This document shows positions 56,178-64,000 of a stretch of 64,000 nt of DNA, piece after piece. Both the position numbers and the translations under genes were made by a program. The stretch lies in the NCBI GenBank assembly GCA_903824595.1, contig CAIJXH010000002.1, forward strand, positions 7,209 to 71,208, in the 5' to 3' direction. The notes below the pieces were generated by a model that saw only the letters and a program-made list of their open reading frames with translations, ran no database searches and was not told the DNA's origin. The DNA is from an uncultured bacterium. GTDB taxonomy: Bacteria; Patescibacteriota; Minisyncoccia; Phycocordibacterales; UBA2100. Position 1 is the stretch's first letter. Each line of letters opens with the position of its first letter.

Positions 56178-57154
56178 GCGGGAAGTATAGCAGACACAAG
56201 CACGCGGCGCGCCTCAGCACTCGTATCGGTATTCATAAGACCAACACGCAATTCTCGAGCTCCATCCCATCCAGAAATATATGCTTTGAAGTGCTTTTTC
56301 ATCACCGCATACGATGTCGTCTCGGAAAGTAATTGATCAAACAGCATGAGATGTTCTATCAGCGCGGACACACGCTCTTGCGGCGCGGGAGGATGCACTC
56401 GATCCGCGAACAACCACGGATTGCCGTAAATCGCGCGACCAAGCATGACTCCGTCGCAGCCTGTTGCGTCAGCTTTTGCTCGCGCATCCGAAATGTCGCG
56501 CACATCGCCATTGCCAAGAATTTTTGTCATCCTAGAGGTGTCGCCTCTAGGATTTTGGATAGCGTTGCGGATGGCGACCGCCTTTGCAACGAATTCCCAG
56601 CGCGCAGGCACGTCGGAAAGCTCGTTGCGCGTGCGAGCATGTATGGTTATCGCCGCAGGTTCTTCTGCCAACAATTCCGAAAGCCACGTATCAAGCTCAT
56701 CGCGCGCATACCCGACGCGTGTCTTTACCGACACGGGAAGACCAGACTTTTTTGCGGCACTAATGAGTGAGCGAGCACGTGCCGTATCTTTGATCAGAGC
56801 AGCACCACTTCTGCTTTTCCCAATCGCACGATCAGGACATCCCATATTGATATCTATGCCGTCAAACCCCATATCCCGCACGATATGTGCAGCATGTTCC
56901 ATACGAGCAGGATCGGAAGTAAAGAGCTGCGCGATGATGGGATGTTCGCTATCACTATAGAGAAGTTTTTTACGGAGCTTGCGTTGTCCAGCGTCGTCGG
57001 CATACAACAACCCATCGGCAGAAGTAAATTCTGTAAAAAACACGTCGGGCTTGCCATGGCGAGCAATGAGGGCGCGAAACGCGGCATCGGTAACATCCTC
57101 CATGGGAGCGAGGACGAAAAATGGTTTCTTGAGCGTTTGCCACACGTTGCGCAT
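56174..57154 (-). CDS. dus: tRNA-dihydrouridine synthase; contains an in-frame palindromic element
   Basis: A TIM-barrel Dus protein (LAPMEDVTDAAFR, DINMGCP). The palindrome at 56529-56553 is translated as QNPRGDTSRM. Confidence 0.8.
   Translation of the reverse strand: MRNVWQTLKKPFFVLAPMEDVTDAAFRALIARHGKPDVFFTEFTSADGLLYADDAGQRKLRKKLLYSDSEHPIIAQLFTSDPARMEHAAHIVRDMGFDGIDINMGCPDRAIGKSRSGAALIKDTARARSLISAAKKSGLPVSVKTRVGYARDELDTWLSELLAEEPAAITIHARTRNELSDVPARWEFVAKAVAIRNAIQNPRGDTSRMTKILGNGDVRDISDARAKADATGCDGVMLGRAIYGNPWLFADRVHPPAPQERVSALIEHLMLFDQLLSETTSYAVMKKHFKAYISGWDGARELRVGLMNTDTSAEARRVLVSAILPA
56529..56553. repeat. palindromic element copy 5 (ATCCTAGAGG-TGTCG-CCTCTAGGAT), in frame inside dus
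   Basis: This is identical to the intergenic copy 3. In the gene orientation it reads P-R-G-D-T-S-R. Confidence 0.9.
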
Positions 57155-57166
57155 GCCGCCACAGTA

Positions 57167-58093
57167 TCACAAACGCGCCTTTGCGTCCGTACGCATTCCC
57201 GTTTTCAATTTATAAAATACACGATCCCCAAATCTAAGATCAATATACTCTATGGAGGAAATTGCGTCCCGGAGAGGGTCAGAAGAAAGAATGAGCTGGA
57301 GATTTCTGATGAGCAGCTCAGGATTCTGACCAAAAGAGGCTCGCACGACAAAGCCACGATTCAGTGTTATCGAAAAATCTTGCACAGTATCTTGGCGAAC
57401 ATCAATCACGCCAAATCCTGCTTGATCGAGTCGCTCAACCAACACGCGCAAATCGGTGAAATAACCCGAGGCATACGTTTGTCCCACGGGATTCAACGTA
57501 CTCGACGCAAGCGGTCCAAAAAACAAAGTGGTTTCCATTGACTCTCTGCTACTGGTAGCCGCTTCGCCAAAAATGTATCCCGTCGAATCCACAAAGAAAC
57601 ACGAATTGTCTGCACACCAGCGCGCGTATGGAATACGTTCCGCAACGACAATATCTACCGTCTGTGTCATATACGAGGCTCGCGAAAGATGTACGGTCGC
57701 GATGCGCGGAAACGTGTTTCTGATCGCTACCTCAACAGAATCTCGCGGATATAGCCACAGGTTTGCATGAGAGAAAAAAGCATGCCCATCGGGAGTAACA
57801 ATCGTTTCTGCAACTCGCTCAATCTCTGCATCGGAAAGCGTGCGCGCCCCAGACACAGTGAAGTGCGCGATCGAGAAGCGCGGTAGGTACGAAAGTGCGT
57901 GTATGCCCCATACGCAAAACACACACCCTATCACCAAAAAGATTCCGCCGATGATACGCGCATGACGACGGCGCGCGCGCAAGTTTGATTTTGGACGCTC
58001 ATACGTATCTTCCGCACGCACAGAAGACGCTCGGACATGCTCCTGAATTCCTACTTTCTTCTGACGCAAATCAACGATCTTTTGAGATGACAT
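57167..58093 (-). CDS. FtsQ/DivIB-like cell-division protein (hypothetical)
   Basis: A cytoplasmic basic N-terminus and a single TM helix (IIGGIFLVIGCVFCVWGI) precede a POTRA-like beta-alpha domain. The assignment rests on architecture only. Confidence 0.45.
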   Translation of the reverse strand: MSSQKIVDLRQKKVGIQEHVRASSVRAEDTYERPKSNLRARRRHARIIGGIFLVIGCVFCVWGIHALSYLPRFSIAHFTVSGARTLSDAEIERVAETIVTPDGHAFFSHANLWLYPRDSVEVAIRNTFPRIATVHLSRASYMTQTVDIVVAERIPYARWCADNSCFFVDSTGYIFGEAATSSRESMETTLFFGPLASSTLNPVGQTYASGYFTDLRVLVERLDQAGFGVIDVRQDTVQDFSITLNRGFVVRASFGQNPELLIRNLQLILSSDPLRDAISSIEYIDLRFGDRVFYKLKTGMRTDAKARL

Positions 58094-59342
58094 CGGTATT
58101 CATATATCCCCGCAAGGCGTCGGGAACCGTGATCGAACCGTCGGCACGTTGGTAGTTTTCTACAATTTGGCACAGTACGCGCGGCAACGCGAGCGCAGTA
58201 TTGTTGAGCGAGTGCACATAACGAAGAGTGCCGTCGCTATCGCGATAGCGGATGTTGAGTCGTCGTGTCTGGAAATCATGAAAATAAGATGCCGAGTGCG
58301 TTTCGCGATATTTTTTCTCGCTCGGCATCCACGCCTCTATATCATATTTTTTCACCTGTCCAAGCCCTAAATCGCCGCCGCAATTTACCACCACATGATA
58401 GGGCAATTTCAACTCCTGCAACAGTGCCTCGGCATGTGCTGTCAATTCCTCATGCCACCGCACCGATTCTGCGTGGTTCGCCTCGCACAAGACCACCTGC
58501 TCATATTTTACAAACTCGTGCACACGAAATACTCCGCGCGTATCTTTTCCATGACTCCCAGCTTCACGTCGAAAACATGGAGAGTATGAAAAAAATTTGA
58601 TCGGAAGCTTACTCTTTTCCAAAATTTCTTCCATGTAGTACCCCATCGTACCCACCTCGGCAGTGCCCGCCATATAGTCTCCATCTTGCGTCTTATACAA
58701 ATCTTCTTCGCTTTGCGGCAAATAACCCGTACCAACAAAAGGCTCTCGTCGAAGCATCGACGGTACTACCATTGGCACAAACCCTTTTCCATGAAAACGA
58801 TCTTGCACGAAACGTTCGAGTGCCCACACTAATCTCGCACCCTCGTTCTTCAAAAAATATCCGCGGAAACCAGCAACCTTCGCGCCGCGTTCAAAATCCG
58901 CCATGTCGTTCTGCAGCATGAGATCGACGTGATTTTTTGGCTCAAAATCGAAAGAAGGAATGTTGCCCCATGTACGCACTTCCTGATTATCGGCATCAGA
59001 CTCACCCTCCGGTACGGAAATGTCTGGAACGTTGGGCACGCGCACCATGAGTGCACGCCATTCTTTGAGCACGTCTTGCAATGATTCTTCTGCGATCTTC
59101 ATGGTGTCCTTGACCGATTGCATGCGTACAATTATTTCCTGACGCGCCTCTGGCGTCGCCGCACTCGCGATTGCCTGCGACGCCGCATTCTGCTCGGCGC
59201 GCTTTTCATCAATTGTTTTTTGTAGCTCGCGACGCTTTTCGTCGAGCACCAACAATTGCTCAATATCTATGTCGATATGTTTCTTCTTCGCTCCTGCAAC
59301 TACGATATCTTTATTTTCACGGATAAACTTTATATCTAGCAT
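58071..59342 (-). CDS. serS: seryl-tRNA synthetase
   Basis: The protein starts at MLDIKFIRENKD, has the N-terminal coiled-coil arm and class II motifs, and ends ...DGSITVPDALRGYM. Confidence 0.9.
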   Translation of the reverse strand: MLDIKFIRENKDIVVAGAKKKHIDIDIEQLLVLDEKRRELQKTIDEKRAEQNAASQAIASAATPEARQEIIVRMQSVKDTMKIAEESLQDVLKEWRALMVRVPNVPDISVPEGESDADNQEVRTWGNIPSFDFEPKNHVDLMLQNDMADFERGAKVAGFRGYFLKNEGARLVWALERFVQDRFHGKGFVPMVVPSMLRREPFVGTGYLPQSEEDLYKTQDGDYMAGTAEVGTMGYYMEEILEKSKLPIKFFSYSPCFRREAGSHGKDTRGVFRVHEFVKYEQVVLCEANHAESVRWHEELTAHAEALLQELKLPYHVVVNCGGDLGLGQVKKYDIEAWMPSEKKYRETHSASYFHDFQTRRLNIRYRDSDGTLRYVHSLNNTALALPRVLCQIVENYQRADGSITVPDALRGYMNTDVISKDR

Positions 59343-59358
59343 GCTAGGATAATACCAT

Positions 59359-60225
59359 ATGAATGATGCGCTCGTACAACTCATTCCTCATCAGTTTCCC
59401 CCACTTCTTCGAGAGATTTCCGACCCCCCGAAACAATTACATGTGCGCGGCGCCTTGCCATCATTCGATTTGAAATGGCTTGCGGTAGTAGGGAGTCGCG
59501 CCCTTACCCCATACGGCAAGCGAGCCTGTCGTACCCTCATCGAAGGATTACGCGGCTATCCCGTTGTCATCGTGTCTGGACTTGCGTATGGAGCCGATGC
59601 CGAGGCGCACCGCGCCGCGCTCGACAATAAATTGCCGACCGTCGCCGTCCCTGGATCTGGACTGAATTGGGATGTGTTGTATCCACGGGCGCACGTGAAT
59701 CTCGCGCACGACATACTCAACGCAGGCGGCGCTCTTCTCTCGGAATTCGAACACGATCTGAAAGCGACCGATTGGAGCTTTCCTCGCCGCAACAGAATCA
59801 TGGCAGGTGCTTGTCATGCCACTCTTATTATCGAAGCTAAAGAAAAATCTGGCTCGCTCATCACCGCAAAGCTCGCTGCAGAATACAATCGTGATCTATT
59901 AGTAGTGCCTGGCTCAATCTTCAGTGAGGAAAGTCGCGGCACACACCAATTCCTCAAACTCGGTGCGGCAGCCGCCACTTGCGCCGACGACATTCTCGCC
60001 ATGCTCGACATCAAAAAGCGGAACGATGCGGTATCACTTGCCGAAATACGCCAAGATCTCTCGCCTGAAGAAATTCGTGTCGTTGATATCATCAAATCTC
60101 CGCTCTCGCGCGACGCGCTTCTCGATGCGCTCAATCTCCCCGTCACCGAAGCCAATGTACTCTTATCGACTATGGAAATAAAAGGACTTATCGTAGAAGA
60201 ATTGGGCGCGATACGATTGAGATAA
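59359..60225 (+). CDS. dprA: DNA processing protein A (Smf)
   Basis: The Rossmann-like DprA core is present (LAVVGSRALTPYGKRACRTLIEGL...VIVSGLAYGADAEAHRAAL...PGS). Confidence 0.85.
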   Translation: MNDALVQLIPHQFPPLLREISDPPKQLHVRGALPSFDLKWLAVVGSRALTPYGKRACRTLIEGLRGYPVVIVSGLAYGADAEAHRAALDNKLPTVAVPGSGLNWDVLYPRAHVNLAHDILNAGGALLSEFEHDLKATDWSFPRRNRIMAGACHATLIIEAKEKSGSLITAKLAAEYNRDLLVVPGSIFSEESRGTHQFLKLGAAAATCADDILAMLDIKKRNDAVSLAEIRQDLSPEEIRVVDIIKSPLSRDALLDALNLPVTEANVLLSTMEIKGLIVEELGAIRLR

Positions 60226-60304
60226 CGATTTTCCTCATAGAGAAATTGTTCTGAAGCATTTGACATGTGGTACTCTTCTCGAGTATCACTATCCATATCT
60301 TCTT

Positions 60305-62464
60305 ATGAAATTAGTTATCGTTGAATCACCAGCAAAAGCAAAAACAATCGAGAAATATCTCGGAGATGGTTTTGTGGTGCGTGCCTCTGTCGGACACATC
60401 CGCGATCTTCCCAAAAGCAACAAAGATGCCGTTGATATCGAGGGTGGTTTTGTGCCGCGCTACCAGGTGGTAAAAGAGAAAGAACATGTCATTCACGACC
60501 TCAAGACCATCGCGAAAAAATCAGACGAAGTAATTCTTGCGACCGACCCCGATCGCGAAGGAGAAGCGATCGCGTGGCACCTCGCCGAGACGATCGGGCT
60601 CAAGAAACCAAAACGCATCGTCTTCCACGAAATTACTGAGCGCGCCGTACAAGAAGCACTCACGCATCCGCGCTTCATCGACGACGCGTTGCGGCGCGCC
60701 CAAGAGGCGCGCCGCGTACTCGATCGCCTTTTCGGTTACGATCTCTCTGGCTTGGTGTGGAAAAAAGTGCGCTATGGACTCTCGGCAGGCAGAGTACAAT
60801 CACCCGCGCTTCGCATTATTATGGAACGCGAGCGCGAGATCCGAGCATTTGTTCCGGAGAAATTCTGGATCGTATCCGCAGATGTCAAGACAAAAGCCAG
60901 CACACCATTTACCATCACCTGCACGGATGAACCAAAGACAATGGAAGAAGCTGAACGAGTCCTCGTCGCCGCACAAACGGGAACATGGTACGTGCAATCC
61001 ATAGAAGAATCCGAAGCCGCCCGCACTCCCCGCCCGCCATTCACCACCTCGACTCTCCAACAAGCAGCATCCACTCGTCTCGGTTTTTCGCCATCGCGCA
61101 CCATGCGCGTCGCGCAAAAACTCTACGAAGCAGGATTCATTACCTATATGCGCACCGACTCCGTCAATCTTGCAAAAGAAGCACAGGCGGCACTGTGCGC
61201 CACAGCAGAACGCGAATTTGGCGCAGGGTACGTGCAGGCGCGCACGTTCAAAACCAAATCCAAAAGTGCACAGGAAGCGCACGAGGCCATCAGACCAACC
61301 GATGCAAAAAAACGCGTTGTCGGCGGTAATGACGAGCAGAAAAAATTGTATGAGCTTATTCGAGCACGAGCGCTCGCCTCGCAAATGGCAGACGCGCGCG
61401 TCATGCGCACAAAAATCATCGCAAACATTTCTGGCAGTACCATTCCAGATTTTGTAGCAAATGGATCTCGCACCATTTTCGACGGCTGGCTCGCCGCCGA
61501 CACAGAAGCGCGCGGCGAAGATGTGGAGCTGCCGGCAGTCGCTCTCAACGATTCGCTCACCCTCATAGAAGTTCATTCGGAAGGAAAAGAGACCCAGCCA
61601 CCAGGTAGATATTCGGAAGCAGGATTGGTGAAAGAACTCGAGAAACGCGGCATTGGTCGCCCGTCCACCTACGCGTCAATCATCAAAACACTGGAGGATC
61701 GCGGCTACGTGGAAAAGCAAGGACGCACGCTTCTCCCTACGCCGACAGGCGATGTTGTGTCGTCATTCATCGAAGAACATTTCAAAGATTATATTAGCGA
61801 CAATTTCACCGCAGAAATGGAAGACGAGCTCGACGAAATTGCTGCAGGTACGCGCGAGTACAAGAAAACACTTACAGATTTTTATTCTTCATTTAGCAAA
61901 GCCGTGAAAAGCAAAAACAAGATCGAGAAAATTACAAACATGGGCAATGCCCCAACTGAATTCTCGTGCCCACTTTGCGGCGGTAGCATGGTATACAAAC
62001 TCTCGAAAACAGGCCGCTTCATGAGCTGCGCGAAATTCCCCGCATGCCTCGGTGCGCGAAAAGAAGACGGTTCTGAAATCGCGCCACCCAAAGATCTTGG
62101 AGAAGCATGTCCAGAATGTACAGGAGGAAAACTCATTGAACGCGAAGGTCGCTTTGGAAGATTTGTTGCTTGTTCCAATTACCCGAAGTGCAAATTTGTG
62201 CGCAAAGATGCCGCCGAAGAAGAGCGCGGCAAAACGGGAGTTACCTGTCCCGATTGCAAAAAAGGCGAAATGGTGGAGCGTCGTGGACGCTTTGGTGTCT
62301 TTTATTCATGCTCCAATTACCCAGCGTGCAAAAATGCCATCAAAGCTCGTCCCACTGGTCGATTGTGCGCAGCATGCGGTTCACTTATGATGGAAGGCAC
62401 CAAAACAATCCCCGAACGCTGCTCTAACAAAGCTTGCCACAACCATAATCCGCACAAGAAATAG
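60305..62464 (+). CDS. topA: DNA topoisomerase I
   Basis: The protein begins MKLVIVESPAKAKTIEKYLG (Toprim), carries the active-site Tyr region (...ITYMRTDS...) and ends with three C4 zinc ribbons (CPLCGG..., CPECTGG..., CPDCKKG...). Confidence 0.95.
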   Translation: MKLVIVESPAKAKTIEKYLGDGFVVRASVGHIRDLPKSNKDAVDIEGGFVPRYQVVKEKEHVIHDLKTIAKKSDEVILATDPDREGEAIAWHLAETIGLKKPKRIVFHEITERAVQEALTHPRFIDDALRRAQEARRVLDRLFGYDLSGLVWKKVRYGLSAGRVQSPALRIIMEREREIRAFVPEKFWIVSADVKTKASTPFTITCTDEPKTMEEAERVLVAAQTGTWYVQSIEESEAARTPRPPFTTSTLQQAASTRLGFSPSRTMRVAQKLYEAGFITYMRTDSVNLAKEAQAALCATAEREFGAGYVQARTFKTKSKSAQEAHEAIRPTDAKKRVVGGNDEQKKLYELIRARALASQMADARVMRTKIIANISGSTIPDFVANGSRTIFDGWLAADTEARGEDVELPAVALNDSLTLIEVHSEGKETQPPGRYSEAGLVKELEKRGIGRPSTYASIIKTLEDRGYVEKQGRTLLPTPTGDVVSSFIEEHFKDYISDNFTAEMEDELDEIAAGTREYKKTLTDFYSSFSKAVKSKNKIEKITNMGNAPTEFSCPLCGGSMVYKLSKTGRFMSCAKFPACLGARKEDGSEIAPPKDLGEACPECTGGKLIEREGRFGRFVACSNYPKCKFVRKDAAEEERGKTGVTCPDCKKGEMVERRGRFGVFYSCSNYPACKNAIKARPTGRLCAACGSLMMEGTKTIPERCSNKACHNHNPHKK

Positions 62465-62497
62465 ACAGGCGTCATCGCGAGACGTATCATAGCCTCT

Positions 62498-64000
62498 ATG
62501 GAAGCACGTTCGGTTGCAGACATAGTGCAGGCAATGGAACATCCGAGCGAAGAGAGTGTTGCGCTCGTTACCAAAGCATACGCATTTGCTCAAGAAGCAC
62601 ACAAGACACAAAAACGATACTCCGGCGAGCCCTACTTCATTCATCCCGCAGAAGTAGCTTACTCGCTCGCGAAAGCAGGTATGGGTCAGCGTACGATAGC
62701 AGCGGGACTCCTACATGACGTCATAGAAGATGCGGGGATCAAACCAGACACACTCAAACAAGAATTCGGTATTGAGGTACTTACGCTCGTAGAAGGAGTC
62801 ACCAAACTCGGAACACTGCGTTACCACGGGCTCGAGCGTCATGCTGAGTCATTGCGCAAACTCTTTGCCGCAACTGCAAAAGATATCCGAGTACTCATCA
62901 TCAAGCTCATGGATCGGCTACACAACGCGCGCACCCTCATGCACGTACCAAAACCAGAGAAAAGAATCCGTATAGCACTCGAGACACTTGAAGTATATGC
63001 CCCGATAGCCGACCGACTCGGTATGAGCGTCGTCAAACAAGAGCTCGAGGATTCTGCATTTCCCCATGCATACCCTGCAGAATTTGCTAAAACACGCGAT
63101 CTCCTCAAAGAGCGCAACATAGGAGACAACAACATCTTCGAACAAGACATCAAGCGTGAAATTATCAATGCAGGACTTCGACAATTTCGCATCGAAGCGC
63201 GCGTAAAAGGGCTCTATTCTTTGTTTCGAAAACTTGAACGTAAAGACTGGGATATAACCAAAATCTATGACATAGTCGCCGTGCGCGTTATCTTTCCTAC
63301 GGTCGCAGACTGCTATACCGCACTCGGTATTATTCATGGACGATGGCGACCAGTACCGGGTAAAATCAAAGATTACATAGCATTTCCAAAACCAAACGGA
63401 TATCAATCTATTCATACAACGCTCTACACAGGCAACGGTGGCGCCATGGAAGTGCAGCTGCGAACCGAGACGCAGCATAGAGAGGCACAATTTGGTATCG
63501 CGTCGCACCTCACCTACAAAGAGAACCAACATGCTTCAGATAGTACGCGCACTATTTCAAGCGGGGGAGGATTGGAATGGTTGCGACAATTTCTTCCGGG
63601 ATGGAAACGTAGCGCCGAACACACTCTCGCAACGTCAGATGATGTAGCCAAGCGTCCAACACCGCGATGGATCAAGGACATCGCGCACATGCAGGATGAA
63701 ATGGGTTGCTCGCAAGAATACATTGATACGCTAAAAGCTGATTTTTTCAGTCATCGCGTATTTGTGTTTACACCCAATGGCGATGTTATCGATCTTCCCA
63801 TAGCAGCAACGCCGATTGATTTCGCGTATGCCGTTCACTCTGATGTGGGCAATACGATGGCTGGCGCACGCGTCAATAATAAAATGGTGTCACTTGATAC
63901 AGCTCTAAAGAATGGTGATATCGTCGAGATCATAACAAAACCATCAGCACACCCATCGCGCAAATGGCACGACATTGCAAAGACAAGCATGGCGCGCAAA
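62498..64000 (+). CDS. relA: (p)ppGpp synthetase/hydrolase RelA/SpoT family, 3' end beyond window
   Basis: An HD domain (...GEPYFIHPAEVAYSLAKAGMGQRTIAAGLLHDVIED...) and a synthetase domain (...YQSIHTTLYT...) are present, and the frame is open to the window end. Confidence 0.85.
   Translation, partial: MEARSVADIVQAMEHPSEESVALVTKAYAFAQEAHKTQKRYSGEPYFIHPAEVAYSLAKAGMGQRTIAAGLLHDVIEDAGIKPDTLKQEFGIEVLTLVEGVTKLGTLRYHGLERHAESLRKLFAATAKDIRVLIIKLMDRLHNARTLMHVPKPEKRIRIALETLEVYAPIADRLGMSVVKQELEDSAFPHAYPAEFAKTRDLLKERNIGDNNIFEQDIKREIINAGLRQFRIEARVKGLYSLFRKLERKDWDITKIYDIVAVRVIFPTVADCYTALGIIHGRWRPVPGKIKDYIAFPKPNGYQSIHTTLYTGNGGAMEVQLRTETQHREAQFGIASHLTYKENQHASDSTRTISSGGGLEWLRQFLPGWKRSAEHTLATSDDVAKRPTPRWIKDIAHMQDEMGCSQEYIDTLKADFFSHRVFVFTPNGDVIDLPIAATPIDFAYAVHSDVGNTMAGARVNNKMVSLDTALKNGDIVEIITKPSAHPSRKWHDIAKTSMARK

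Noticed and set aside
1-64000. CRISPR array or other arrayed defence repeats
   Set aside because: No clustered, regularly spaced direct repeats are present. The only recurrent repeat, the 25-bp palindrome, is dispersed as single copies 1-20 kb apart and is mostly intragenic.

Overview
This 64 kb window is a gene-dense, mostly mid-50s % GC chromosomal segment with a streamlined housekeeping repertoire. All coordinates, frames and motifs were read by eye from the sequence and ORF track; no searches were run. Several proteins are shortened (IF-2, SMC, ThrRS, DnaX) and the dcw cluster is minimal (mraZ-rsmH-ftsL-ftsI only). This fits a reduced-genome bacterium, possibly a Patescibacteria/CPR-like lineage, but that is a guess. 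Confident calls are uvrA, murB, uvrB, tsaC, tsaD, trmD, rpsP, KH protein, smc, rnc, rpmF, rnhB, dnaE, thrS, class I fba, ftsI, rsmH, mraZ, guaA, clpB, iscS-like, infB, rbfA, pheA-like, dnaX, dus, serS, dprA, topA and partial relA/spoT. Six tRNAs were found (Val, Phe, Trp, Tyr, Gln, and a probable Cys). No rRNA or CRISPR is present. The most unusual feature is a 25-bp perfect palindrome (ATCCKAGAGG-N5-CCTCTMGGAT) present five times. Four copies sit in frame inside conserved housekeeping genes (tsaD, trmD, guaA, dus), always in the same reading frame, adding an -NPRG(D/V)(T/A)SR- peptide. One copy carries a compensatory double change that preserves the stem. This resembles Rickettsia-type in-frame palindromic elements but is much shorter. 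The second notable feature is a ~6 kb AT-rich island (about 36.8-43.3 kb) bounded by tRNA-Trp and tRNA-Tyr, all on one strand. It holds a sensor kinase, a receiver-only regulator, a pyruvoyl-type (SAM/Arg) decarboxylase, a DUF2156-like (aminoacyl-tRNA-dependent transferase-like) protein, an SMR exporter and membrane proteins. This looks like a candidate small-molecule synthesis/signalling module. Other observations: a GC3-rich two-gene insertion splitting the rpsP-KH-trmD operon where rimM normally sits; a NusB-NUDIX fusion; a NOX-type ferric-reductase/cytochrome-b5 pair; a tandem-repeat surface protein in a block of envelope proteins; and two VirB2/TrbC-like small membrane proteins.
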